Part shown: piece after piece, positions 25,345-37,332 of the stretch | Layout: every line of letters starts with the position of its first letter | How positions within the stretch are numbered: the first letter of the stretch is position 1 | Source: Haliotis rubra | Lineage: Eukaryota | DNA: 64,000 nt | NCBI RefSeq assembly: GCF_003918875.1 | Contig: NW_025765103.1 | Coordinates: 806,001 to 870,000 of the forward strand | Reading direction: 5' to 3' | The notes under the pieces: model-generated | Databases searched by the model: none | What the model saw: the letters and a program-made list of their open reading frames with translations, nothing else | What the model was told of the DNA's origin: nothing | Position numbers and translations under genes: made by a program

Positions 25345-25608
25345 CTGTCCGACTAGCTCTCTACTCGCGACCCAACAATTCTTCCCCATTCCNNNNNNNN
25401 NNNNNNNNNNNNNNNNNNNNNNNNNNNNNNNNNNNNNNNNNNNNNNNNNNNNNNNNNNNNNNNNNNNNNNNNNNNNNNNNNNNNNNNNNNNNNNNNNNNN
25501 NNNNNNNNNNNNNNNNNNNNNNNNNNNNNNATTCACATTGTCTCAGCACTGTCTTTTGCCTATAAATACCAACACTCCAAATCGTTTTGGTATCCACGGT
25601 AACCGACA
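25345..25608 (-). other. Exon candidate(s) spanning an assembly gap (SVTVDTKTIWSVGIYRQKTVLRQCE...GMGKNCWVASRELVGQ)
   Basis: Acceptor TTGTGTTCCAG|, perfect donor CAG|GTAAGT; one open frame on each side of the gap. Confidence 0.35.
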
Positions 25609-26004
25609 CTGGAACACAAGGATATCATTTGAATTATATTTCCATATTCGCATGACAGATGTTTAATTTCCGATGTGGAAATTAAACCAGAAATTCGTAT
25701 TTGGAGTATGATGTTTAAGTATATATAGTTGTCAGTCACGTGCTAGATGAAGGAAACGCTTGTGATATCAACATCCCCTTGCGTCAAGGGGTGATCCTAA
25801 CATCCCACCGCAGGAAGCGCATGTGTGTGACAGTCTCGAGTGTGTTGAGTATTGCTCTATGACGTGTCGGGGAAGGTCTGAAAGTCTGTCGTTTATGAAC
25901 CTTCCATCAGATATATATCAGTTTATATGATTTGGTTGGTTGTTGCTCATAACGTCAACCTCTGGTTTGAATGATCGACAGGTTGAAAGCCGTAAATCAG
26001 TTGG

Positions 26005-27115
26005 GGAAGGGGGAAGGGTTTAGACTGAAAGTGTTGGTTAGAGTGAAGGTTTTGGACTGAAGATTATGGTACGGAGAAGGGTTTAGACTGAAAGTGTTGG
26101 GTAGAGTGAAGGTTTTGGACTGAAGATTATGGTACGGAGAAGGGATTAGACTGAAAGTGTTGGGTAGACTGAAGGTTTTGAACTGAAGATTATGGTACGG
26201 AGAAGGGTTTAGACTGAAAGTGTTGGGTAGACTAAAGGTTTTGGACTGAAGATTATGGTACGGAGAAGAGTTTAGACTGAAAGTGTTGGGTAGAGTGAAG
26301 GTTTTGGACTGAAGATTATGGTACGGAGAAGGGTTTAGACTGAAAGTGTTGGGTAGACTGAAGATTATGGTACGGAGAAGGGTTTAGACTGAAAGTGTTG
26401 GGTAGAGTGAAGGTTTTGGACTGAAGATTATGGTACGGAGAAGGGTTTAGACTGAAAGTGTTGGGTAGAGTGAAGGTTTTGGACTGAAGATTATGGTACG
26501 GAGAAGGGTTTAGACTGAAAGTGTTGGGTAGACTGAAGGTTTTGGACTGAAGATTATGGTACGGAGAAGGGTTTAGACTGAAAGTGTTGGGTAGAGTGAA
26601 GGTTTTGGACTGAAGATTATGGTACGGAGAAGGGTTTAGACTGAAAGTGTTGGGTAGAGTGAAGGTTTTGGACTGAAGATTATGGTACGGAGAAGGGTTT
26701 AGACTGAAAGTGTTGGGTAGACTGAAGATTTGGTACGGACTGAAAGATGTTGGGTAGACTGGGACTGAAGATTATGGTACGGAGAACGGTTTAGACTGAA
26801 AGTGTTGGGTAGACTGAATGGTTTGGACTGAAGATTATGGTACGGAGAAGGGTTTAGACTGAAAGTGTTAGGTAGAGTGAATGGTTTGTACTGAAGATTA
26901 TGGTACGGAGAAGGGTTTAGACTGAAAGTGTTGGGTAGAGTGAATGGTTTGTACTGAAGATTATGGTACGGAGAAGGGTTTAGACTGTAAGTGTTGGGTA
27001 GAGTGAAGGTTTTGGACTGAAGATTATGGTACGGAGAAGGGTTTAGACTGAAAGTGTTGGGTAGAGTGAAGGTTTAGATTGAAGGTGTTGGTGGGTAGGA
27101 CAAAGGGTTTGGACT
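26005..27115. repeat. Minisatellite, 63-bp unit built from GACTGAA(G) sub-repeats, ~17 copies
   Basis: Tandem copies. Confidence 0.95.
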
Positions 27116-27338
27116 GAGCACAAGCACACAAGCTCTGTGTACACGCAGACGCTGCCATGTTGATGGAGAGTCCGGAGGCCAAGTTTCCGGACTAAGCAAG
27201 TTTAACAATACCAGACTTCAATACTGTATGTGGGATATAATATTAGGAGGCACCGGAATCAGTTGTGTCCCTTTGTCGTGCCAGGATTCGACAAGCGTCG
27301 TTTCGTATCATTAATTGTAGGCTACTGATTGATATTCA

Positions 27339-27584
27339 CCCGTGAAGATCCGAGTTAATATTGATCTTCAGCAACCCACGCTTGTCGTAAGAGGCGACTA
27401 ACGGGATCGGGTGGTCAGGTCTAGCTGACCTGTTTGACACGTGTCTTCGTATCCCAATTGCGTAGATCGATGCTGATGCTGTTGATCACTGGATTGTCTG
27501 ATCCAGACTCGATTATTTACAGACAGACCGCCGCTATATAGCTGGAATATTGCAGAGTGTGGCGTAACACTAAACTCACTCACT
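27339..27584 (+). mobile_element. Family B retroposon, full length
   Basis: Structured head, body and (ACTC)n tail; partial TSD ACTGATTG. Confidence 0.9.
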
Positions 27585-28320
27585 GATTGTGATTGGTTTG
27601 TAGAGCACACTAACATGACTGGGGGTTAAAACCAAGCTACCTCACTCACTCACTGTCTCTCTCTATCTCTCTCGTAAAGATAATTAAATTGACACGTTAA
27701 GAGACACAGTCGTGTCGAGAACAGTATATCAACCAAAATAAACCCGTCATGAATCTCAGCTACCAGTCGACTGACGCTAGCCTGTCAAGTATCTATCAAA
27801 CTATAAGTGTTGCTATTGACATCATCTCTGGGAAACACATGTCAGCGGAGCGAGGAAGTTTACCTGTCACAAACATGTGTCTTACTCATGAATGAATGCT
27901 CGAAGAGCAAACGTCGTCACAATTCAAGGGACGTATCGTGAGCGGCAGTCACGTGATGTTTTCTGGGCAAGAAGTAGTTTTAACCGGTTTCTTTTGAGCG
28001 ATGCTTTGAAACACTTGATTACATGGTAGAGCTGTATTTACTCCAACCAGAGACTTTATTACAGGTGAAGGCCGTCTATTATTTTCTGAGAAAACCTGTA
28101 TTCAAATTGAGCAGATGTTGCTTTGAAAGGTGTTTTTCTTTCATGTTTTAAACTGCGTTTTGACAAATTCTTTTCTATACACGGGTATTAAATGTATTCG
28201 TGCCGAGTACTGGGAAACAAGTAGATCATGTTATCAAACAATTAACTTTTGAGAACAATGTATTATATTATATTTTTATGAAAAATATTAATTAAAGGTG
28301 TGTGTTTTTTACGGATGTTA

Positions 28321-28447
28321 GGCGGTGCGATTGCCTATTGGTAAAAGCGTTTCGAAACATCATACAGGTACAGGGGGTGAAGTCAATTCCGTCCGGTTTT
28401 TCTTGAGTGTTGCGACAAGCGTCGTAAAACTCACTCACTCACTCACA
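28321..28447 (+). mobile_element. Degraded family A SINE
   Basis: GGCGGTGCGATTGCCTATTGGTAAAAGCGTT head remnant; CGTAAAACTCACTCACTC tail. Confidence 0.6.
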
Positions 28448-28739
28448 TACATACATGTTTCCTATGGCGGGTGGGGAGGGGGGTGGTGGGGGTGGGGGGG
28501 TGGTGGTGGTGGTGTCCGTCTCGTCCTGGTGGTAACACTATAGTAAGGCAATACCGCTGACCTAACCAGATGTATGTATGAACAGATCTCGGCTGGCTGG
28601 CCCAGTGTTGATTCATACCCACACCAGCAAGTAATCTAACTGTGTCACTGAGGATCAACTCTATGTGTGAACATAGTGTTGAAATCGCACCGTCCTTAAA
28701 ATCAGCTGTTGAAATGACGAGGTTCTATATGATTAAGCG

Positions 28740-28960
28740 CCGCTTCATACAACCCGGAAGTCAGGACCATATCAGCACGAACTGACTGTGGTACTTACGC
28801 AGCCCCTCAATACACATTGATACTCGCTCGTCTTGGACTTTCGTTTCTTCGTCTGGTCCGTTATAAAATACGTTAAGGTTACAATCGCGCTCAGAAATGT
28901 TCTTCCGCTACTTGATCACGTGATTGGGCAGATGAGCATCCGGAGCTAGGAGGTACGATA
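28740..28960. promoter_or_regulatory. Candidate bidirectional CpG-rich promoter with two outward-facing splice donors
   Basis: ETS-type CCGGAAGT (28754), TATAAAA (28862), E-box TCACGTGA (28917), ATTGG; minus donor C|GTAAGT at 28798; plus donor GAG|GTACGA at 28953. Confidence 0.45.
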
Positions 28961-30088
28961 AGATTCATCATTTAATTAGTTTCCTAAAATAACGAAACAT
29001 CAAACATCAACTTATATAAAAAAACAGCCTGTGTTTGTTTCACAACAAAAAACCCCAAAATCACAAAGTTAATATGGAAATATGGATAATGTGATTAATC
29101 CTCTTTCTTGTTTAACACCTACTATAACATAGACGATCGGCACGCTCAAATCGCTTGACGCTTTAAGCAGTCTCGTTCCGTAAACTTCAACAAACAAAAC
29201 GTTATCCAACCAAATATATCTCATTTTTTAAACGCTACAAGTGGACCATTGTTCCCGGATGGACCTCCTAGCTGTTCTTATAAGATGACATCACTACTGA
29301 CGCAATGGACATGAAATTTACAACTAATCGGAGATCGTAAACAGATCTCGCAATCGCCTGGCCTTGACATACACAAAATCTTGTATACAACACGTTTTTA
29401 GAAGCGACTGGTATCTGTATGCAGCAAAGCGTAACCACGGGCATTTTAAGCACTTTGTATTTTAATGTTTTCTTATTTTTTGTTCATGTAGTATTACTGA
29501 GGTGTGGCTGGAAGATCAAGCATCTAGTACGTGTGTGATTCCCTCCCAGCCTCTATCCACCATAGAAGAGACATGGAGGACCCTGTCCCAGTCGGAGCAG
29601 CAATTACTGTGCAGAGTTGCGTCCCTTTGGGACACAGCAACCATTTATAGTGGAATCGAACACTAGATTCGCCCTATTGAGTGTTCCTGGCTTTGTCAGC
29701 ACCATACCATGTTAGCTGGTTCCACCAGGGGTGAGAGCTGCATCATTTCCATCTCCTCTCACGTCCAGCTGACAGACTGCCATAACACCAGAATACCTTA
29801 CATGGCTGCAGTGATGGAAGAACACTCACTTCCTGTACAGATGCTTGTCACTATCATAGGTTTCATAAGCCAAACATTTAAATATAGATTTTGGACTGCA
29901 TCAAATAATTCATTTTTCACTGATTAGACACATGCACTATGTATAAAGTTTTGCTATTAATTTGAAAATGTCTATTTTTGGACAGGTATTCTCATGTCCA
30001 GAAAACAAGAAGATAAAATAGTCTGCCAAGATGGAACAAGTTCACCGATTTACATAACACCATACTATTACAGTCCTCCAAGCATCAG

Positions 30089-30252
30089 TGGGGCGGTGGG
30101 GTAGCCTAATGGTTAAAGCGTCCACTCATCACGCTGAAGACCTGGGTTCAAACCCTATATGGATACAATGTGTGAAGTCAATTTCTAGTGTCCCCCGCTG
30201 TGGTATTGCTGGAATATTGCTAAAACAGCATAAAACCTTACACACTCACTCA
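30089..30252 (+). mobile_element. Family A SINE, CpG-decayed
   Basis: Head, body and tail present; TSD TCCAAGCATCA. Confidence 0.88.
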
Positions 30253-31729
30253 TTCCAAGCATCAAAGTCTATAGTCTGTATGTCTATATGGAAAGAAAAG
30301 GAAATGTTTCTAAAGACATATTTTATTCAACAATCTCAAATGTGGATTACATGAACCACATACAAAGTATATAAAATAATCCAAACCTGTATCATGCACC
30401 ACTTTTGTCTTTGTATGGTTTACACACCCTTAACTAGCACCACTGGGGAGGTCACGCGTACACCTTCATCTTATGCAGCTGAAACATAAATATAGTAATA
30501 ATCATAATAACAATAATATAAGAATAACAAAAAAAGTCAGATCTCTCAGTGTTTTTATAGACTTGTGAGTCATGGTGACTCACATAAATGTTCTTGGGAG
30601 TCATTTTCTAAATATGTGATTCATGAAAATATTTTGTCTCCATAATCTACATAAAGGGCTGCGACAGGCCAGCATATTGTTTTGCTGATTGCAGTCTGAA
30701 AACTTAAATTGTGTACTGTATGTACTGGAGTTATTCAAGGTACACTTATTTGAAAAAATAATGCATCAGCTGAGTCATATGAAAATATTTTGGGAATATT
30801 TTACAAAATTGTTAAGCGGGAACTATGCATCATGTAAAAGCCTGACCTCCGGCTCCAGTAGACACACTGCATACAAATCAACCTGGTAGATACACAATTT
30901 GTTTAATATCTGGTAGATGAAGGATATTTATAGTTCTCAATCCCACAAACAAAGAGATGTAGGGGAAATTTGTTTATTTTCATTGTGCTATGGAATTGCT
31001 CTGTACATCTGTAATATAGAAACCTAAATGGAGTGTGTATTGTGTCATACTGGTGCACTGACCCGTGGCAGAAGAAAACCACTTCAAAAACTGTCTCATC
31101 AAGGTCAGCAGGTTTAGTAAGTACAGCAATATACAAATCTCATCTAACTGATAGCAATGCTTGAACTGATCCCTGTTACAATAAAGTTGAAAGAGTCAGA
31201 AAGGTAATGACAGACACACATTTCACATGTATCACCTGGAGGTGTGATTAACGAGGTTAGAGGCTGTACCAGCTTACCTGTATTTTACCTGTCTCCCTTG
31301 AAGATCGTCTCTGACCCTGAAGTGGTCTTGGTTTGACCTTACCGGACCATAAACTAATATGAAAATCTCCTCCATATCCTCCTTAACATGATATATGGAT
31401 TAATCTAAGGTCACACTAAGTGCCAGCCTGACCAAGCTGACCACTATGTAACATTGTCAAAGTTTGGAGATCTTGTGTCACAACATCATCTTAACACTCC
31501 CAAACACATGGACATGTTGGAAATGTACAATTTGTGAATGTATAAAGCTGATGAATGTAAATGATAGTGATTATATATTGACAATATCTTATCACTCGTC
31601 TTGTGTTTTGAAACTGGGCAGAGGGGAAAGTAGAAACGTCCTGATGCAGTATTTATCATCACTCCTTATCAAATTCTATTCTCAGAATTTGTAGGTTGTC
31701 GATAACATTGGCATTAGATGAGATACACG

Positions 31730-32690
31730 TCGTTCCACATGATTGTTCTACATCATTGTTCCACACGATTGCTCTTCATCATTGTTACATGATTGTTCTA
31801 CATCATTGTTACATGATGGTTCTACATCATTGTTCCGCATGATTGTTCTACATCATTGTTACATGATTGTTCTACGTCATTGTTACATGATTGTTACATG
31901 ATTGTTCTACATGATTGTTACATGATTGTTCTACATCATTGTTCCACACGATTGCTCTACATCATTGTTCCGCATGATTGTTCTACATCATTGTTACATG
32001 ATTGTTCTACATCATTGTTCCACATGATTGCTCTACATCATTGTTCCGCATGATTGTTCTACATCATTGTTACATGATTGTTCTACATCATTGTTCCACA
32101 CGATTGCTCTACATCATTGTTCCGCATGATTGTTCTACATCATTGTTACATGATTGTTCTACATCATTGTTCCACACGCATTGCTCTACATCATTGTTCC
32201 ATGATTGTTCTACATCATTGTTACATGATTGTTCTACATCATTGTTCCACACGATTGCTCTACATCATTGTTCTGCATGATTGTTTTACATCATTGTTAC
32301 ATGATTGTTCTACATCATTGTTCCACACGATTGCTCTACATCATTGTTCCGCATGATTGTTCTACATCATTGTTACATGATTGTTCTACATCATTGTTCC
32401 ACACGATTGCTCTACATCATTGTTCCACATGATTGTTCTACATCATTGTTACATGATTGTTCTACATCATTGTTCCACACGATTGCTCTACATCATTGTT
32501 CCGCATGATTGTTCTACATCATTGTTACATGATTGTTCTACATCATTGTTCCACACGATTGTTCTACATCATTGTTCCACATGATTGCTCTACATCATTG
32601 TTCCACATGATTGTTCTACATCATTGTTACATGATTGCTCTACATCATTGTTCCGCATGATTGTTCTACATCATTGTTACATGATTACAG
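31730..32690. repeat. Minisatellite of ATGATTGTTCTACATCATTGTT(CC)AC monomers in a 76-bp higher-order trimer
   Basis: Tandem copies; near-identical ORFs recur at 76-bp offsets. Confidence 0.95.
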
Positions 32691-33384
32691 ACACTTGTAC
32701 CTTTATACAGATATTAAGTACAAATCCTGTAGTAACAGGACAGTAAGCTGCAGTCTAAATGCCACTTAAAGCTACAATTAATCTGATGATTCACACAGAA
32801 TTGAATACGTTAATCACACTTTGTGAACAGCTGGTACATTGCTGACTGTGTCAGTAAACATCTTCCCTCACTGACATCATCTTCTTATAACGAATTAACA
32901 ACAAAAGACATTATGTGACTGAAATAACTGAAAGATTAATTCAATAAATTATTTCTCATGCCTACAAGCTGTGAAACAAAAATGCATGAAAGAAATGTTG
33001 ATGACAATGATGTAAATATTTGAGACACTTCCAACTTTAGCTTGCAGCAAAATAACACTTAACCTTTGCTCATTTCACCTGAACACTAAGATCAAAGGAC
33101 TTGGGACAAACTTGACGATCATACAGGTAAAAGTAGACACCAGACAAACAGGTGAAATTGATGTGGTCCTCAGGTGAAATTTCCACGTTCCTGTCATATG
33201 AGTTAGCATTCAAGGCATGATTCTCCCCAGGGGCCATGTGGCAAGGTCATGCTGTGGCAAGGCCAGATAGACAACAGCCCCTTATGTGAAGGAATAAATA
33301 AAATACACAGCATAAAAGCATTTCCGCATTTCATGCAATTATGTTTTAAATATCAGTTGCTTTACAGTACAAAAACAATCAGGG

Positions 33385-34670
33385 ATCATGGTAACAGAAA
33401 GGATAGAACACCATGGTAACAGAGAAGATAGGACACCATGGTAACAGAAAGGATAGGACACCACAGCAAGAGAGAGGATAGGACACCATGGTATGAGAGA
33501 GGAAAGGACACCATGATAACAGAGGGCAGGACACCATGGTAACAGAGGATAGGACACCATGGTAAGAGAGATGAGAAGACACCATGGAAACAGAGAGGAT
33601 AGGACACCATGATAACAGAGGATAGGACACCACAGTAACAGATAGGATAGACACCATGGTAACAGAGAGGAGAGGACACCATGGTAACAGAGATGATAGG
33701 ACACCATGGTAACAGAGGATAGGACACCATGGTAACAGAGGATAGGACACCACAGTAACAGAGGATAGGACACCATGGTAAGAGAGATGAGAAGACACCA
33801 TGGTAACAGAGAGGATAGGACACCACAGCAAGAGAGAGGATAGGACACCATGGTAACAGAGAGGATAGGACACCATGGTATGAGAGAGGAAAGGACACCA
33901 TGATAACAGAGGGCAGGACACCATGGTAACAGAGGATAGGACACCATGGTAAGAGAGATGAGAAGACACCATGGTATGAGAGAGGAAAGGACACCATGAT
34001 AACAGAGGATAGGACACCACAGTAACAGATAGGATAGACACCATGGTAACAGAGAGGAGAGGACACCACGGTAACAGAGGGATAGGACACCATGGTAACA
34101 GAGGATAGGACACCACAGTAACAGAGGATAGGACACCATGGTAACAGAGGGCAGGACACCATGGTAAGAGAGATGAGAAGACACCATGGTAACAGAGAGG
34201 ATAGGACACCATGGTAACAGAGGATAGGACACCACAGTAACAGAGGATAGGACACCATGGTAACAGAGAGGGCAGGACACCATGGTAAAAGAGAGGATAG
34301 ACACCATGGTAACACTGGATAGGACACCATGATAACAGAGAGGGCAGGACACCATGGTAAAAGAGAGGGCAGGACACCATGGTAACAGAGGATAGGACAC
34401 CACAGTAACAGAGGGAATGACATCATGGTAACAGAGAGGATAGGACACCATGGTAACAGAGAGGATAGGACACCACAGTAACAAAGGGAATGACATCATG
34501 GTAACAGAGAGGATAGCACACCATGGTAACAGAGGGCAGGACACCATGATAACAGGATAGACACCACAGTAACAGGGCATATAGGACACCATGGTAACAG
34601 AGGATAGGACACCACAGTAACAAAGTATAGGACACCATGGTAACAGAGAATATAGGACACCTTGGTGACA
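33385..34670. repeat. Minisatellite, ~23-25-bp unit GGACACCATGGTAACAGAGGATA with variants
   Basis: Tandem copies. Confidence 0.95.
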
Positions 34671-37171
34671 GACACTACTTTCCTGAACACCATGCTAACC
34701 TGGACACAATGTCACAGTGTTATCTACCAACACACAATGGTAGACTCGGGCAGTCCGAATGACCCAAGTATTAATGCAAATGTTAATATATCATGATAAA
34801 TTGGTCATTTGTGACAAAATATATAAAAAACAGATCTAATAGAAATTTTGCCATGACCTAGATCAGGTCCAAGTTCAACTAAAGCCTACAGTACCACAAA
34901 TCTGACTTCCTAATCCAGGTGTATGTACAGGTGTAATCCAGGTGTATGTACAGGTGTAATCCAGGTAAACCACCTCTGTCAGTATAAACAATCATCAATT
35001 GTGTAGTATTAATTCTGATAGAAGCATCTACTCCTGGCAATGAATGAAAGCTTCAACAAGTCTGCAATAAACACTTTCATAAACAATGCTTATATCTGTC
35101 TGTTTTGAATAAGAATTCCAGTAATTTATGTGAAACTACACAGAATGACTGGAATCCTACTCCAAAACTAATTTGGGGCTGAGGTCATGTCTGGCTCTGA
35201 CCCAGAGAAGGAGAAGATCAAAGTGAAATTGACAATCAGCAATTGACGAGATATGTGCATTGCTTATGTCACAAGAACACGTTCCATCACTGCTTATGAC
35301 AAGTTGGTGGACCCGCCCTGTTAAAGGGCCAGTCATTCACAGTATGGGGTCAAACCATGACGGTGAAGGGCATTTAATAAAAAACCACTATCTTAAGGAA
35401 ATCAAACTATTCATTTTCACCATTTTGTAAGCACCGTAGTATATTTGGGGAACATTTCTAGTCTGTCTCACAGTCCCTGAACCACATTACTTTCCCTACT
35501 GCCTAGCCCTCCCTGCAATGCTAAAGCCCTAAATGAAGCAAGTCTAGATTTCCCAAAAATCCTGAATGTCGCAACTCACTGGGGCTCATTATTAATTCAA
35601 ATGTGTTTATTTTTTACCATCAAAATTATATATATTCAGGGACTAAGCGTTAGTCTAGAACATGTCCTGAGATTATAGTATGGACACTGTGACTTCCACT
35701 GAGAGTGACACACACTGGGAGCGTCATCGATGTTACTTCACCATGATAGATGACTGTCCTCTACCTGCACACGTCCTGGACATGACACAGTACAGCCTCA
35801 CCAGTTCATGTTTTACTCCCCTGTCTGACATCAGAGTTCCCCCATCCTCTCACGCGGGTCTGGTCCAATTTACAGATGACTGATTGAAGTGACAGACATT
35901 TCTGACAGGAAAAAAATGAAGAAAATTAATTCCACAGCTTCTGTTACAAGCGGCTGTATTTGTTTCACCTGTAGGGTGTCGCTGGCATTAGATGCATGGA
36001 GTCTTCACATTCAAGCTGTGTGTAACATTCATTGTTAGTCGGTAGAGTGTTTCATCAAATCAGCTCTAATTTAGCAACATTTCATCTCTGATTCAGCAAT
36101 ATTTCAGCCATAAAGAGATGAAATACCCTGGGAAAACATTGTGGCTATGTTTAGATGAATTATATCTAGAATTTTGTAGAACACAAATTCATATTTGGTA
36201 AAAGATAAATAATGACAAATGACTTATTATGCAGAATACTTGGCACCGCCACTGGAGAGTGCTAAAAGCTTATTGCCTCACCACTCTGATTTCAGTTGTC
36301 CATCAACTTGTTCTCAACTCCCTGGGAAGTCACCACCTCAAGCTGCCTGTTGATTTTGTTAAGTGACTAATATCATGATTAATATCAGGTTTCATTCAGT
36401 ACTGGGTCAATGTCTACATTCTTAATTTTTTTTTTTATTAAAACACATATCCAATATGACCTCATATGATGTAGAAATATTTTTCAAAATGAGTGTATAA
36501 AACATTTCCCTAAGACTGGATTACTTGAAAAAGAATGACATAAATAAATCATCGTGAAGATTCTCTCTATATATGTAACATTTTTTTCCCCTCCACACTG
36601 TACTGTGTCCACCTGGCCAAGCAAGTGCTATTAATCAGACCTAGATTCAGCTGGTGGTCATGGCCGTTCCTTTAATTACTCCACTGACCTTGATGAAACA
36701 GTTCTCCTTGTCCAGGGCCAGGGCCAGGGACGTTGACAAATCAAGGACACTAATAATCACATCATAGTTGTTCAGACAACAATGAAACTATGTTTTTATA
36801 TAAATATAAAATACTGAAAGAATTTTTGTCCACATTTACTGATATCTGCTTGTGTGATGTGAAAACTATCTATCCATACATGTGATATAGGACAGAAGGA
36901 CGGATCATGTGAAGTATATCAGTCTGGGCTTGTTCTGTATCCACTGATGTTTTCTATATCCACCAAGGTGTTAAGACATGCAGAAGTTTGGATATACTCA
37001 GTGGACTGGTGGCCTGTGCACATTTAAGAAAAACACAACATTTTTTATATGTATACATTTTACCCATACCTTGACAACTTCTTTGATTGTCACATCCATA
37101 AACTTGGTGAACACATAAATGAACCAATTATTTATATTAAAAGGCATTTCCAATAAGACTGTGGATTCTAA

Positions 37172-37332
37172 TGAGTGAGTGGGGTTTTATGCCGCATTTA
37201 GCAATATTCCAGCAATATCACGGCAGGGGATACCTGAAATGGGCTTCACATATTGTACCCATGTGGGGAATCGAACCCAGGTCTTCGGCATGACAAGCGG
37301 ACGCTTTAACCACTAGGCTACCCCACAGCCCC
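37172..37332 (-). mobile_element. Family A SINE, full length
   Basis: Reverse complement of family A; perfect 13-bp TSD ACTGTGGATTCTA. Confidence 0.93.

Noticed and set aside
33339-34592. Long Cys/hydrophobic ORFs (417, 346 and 333 aa)
   Set aside because: Translations of a 23-25-bp minisatellite, open in all three minus frames.
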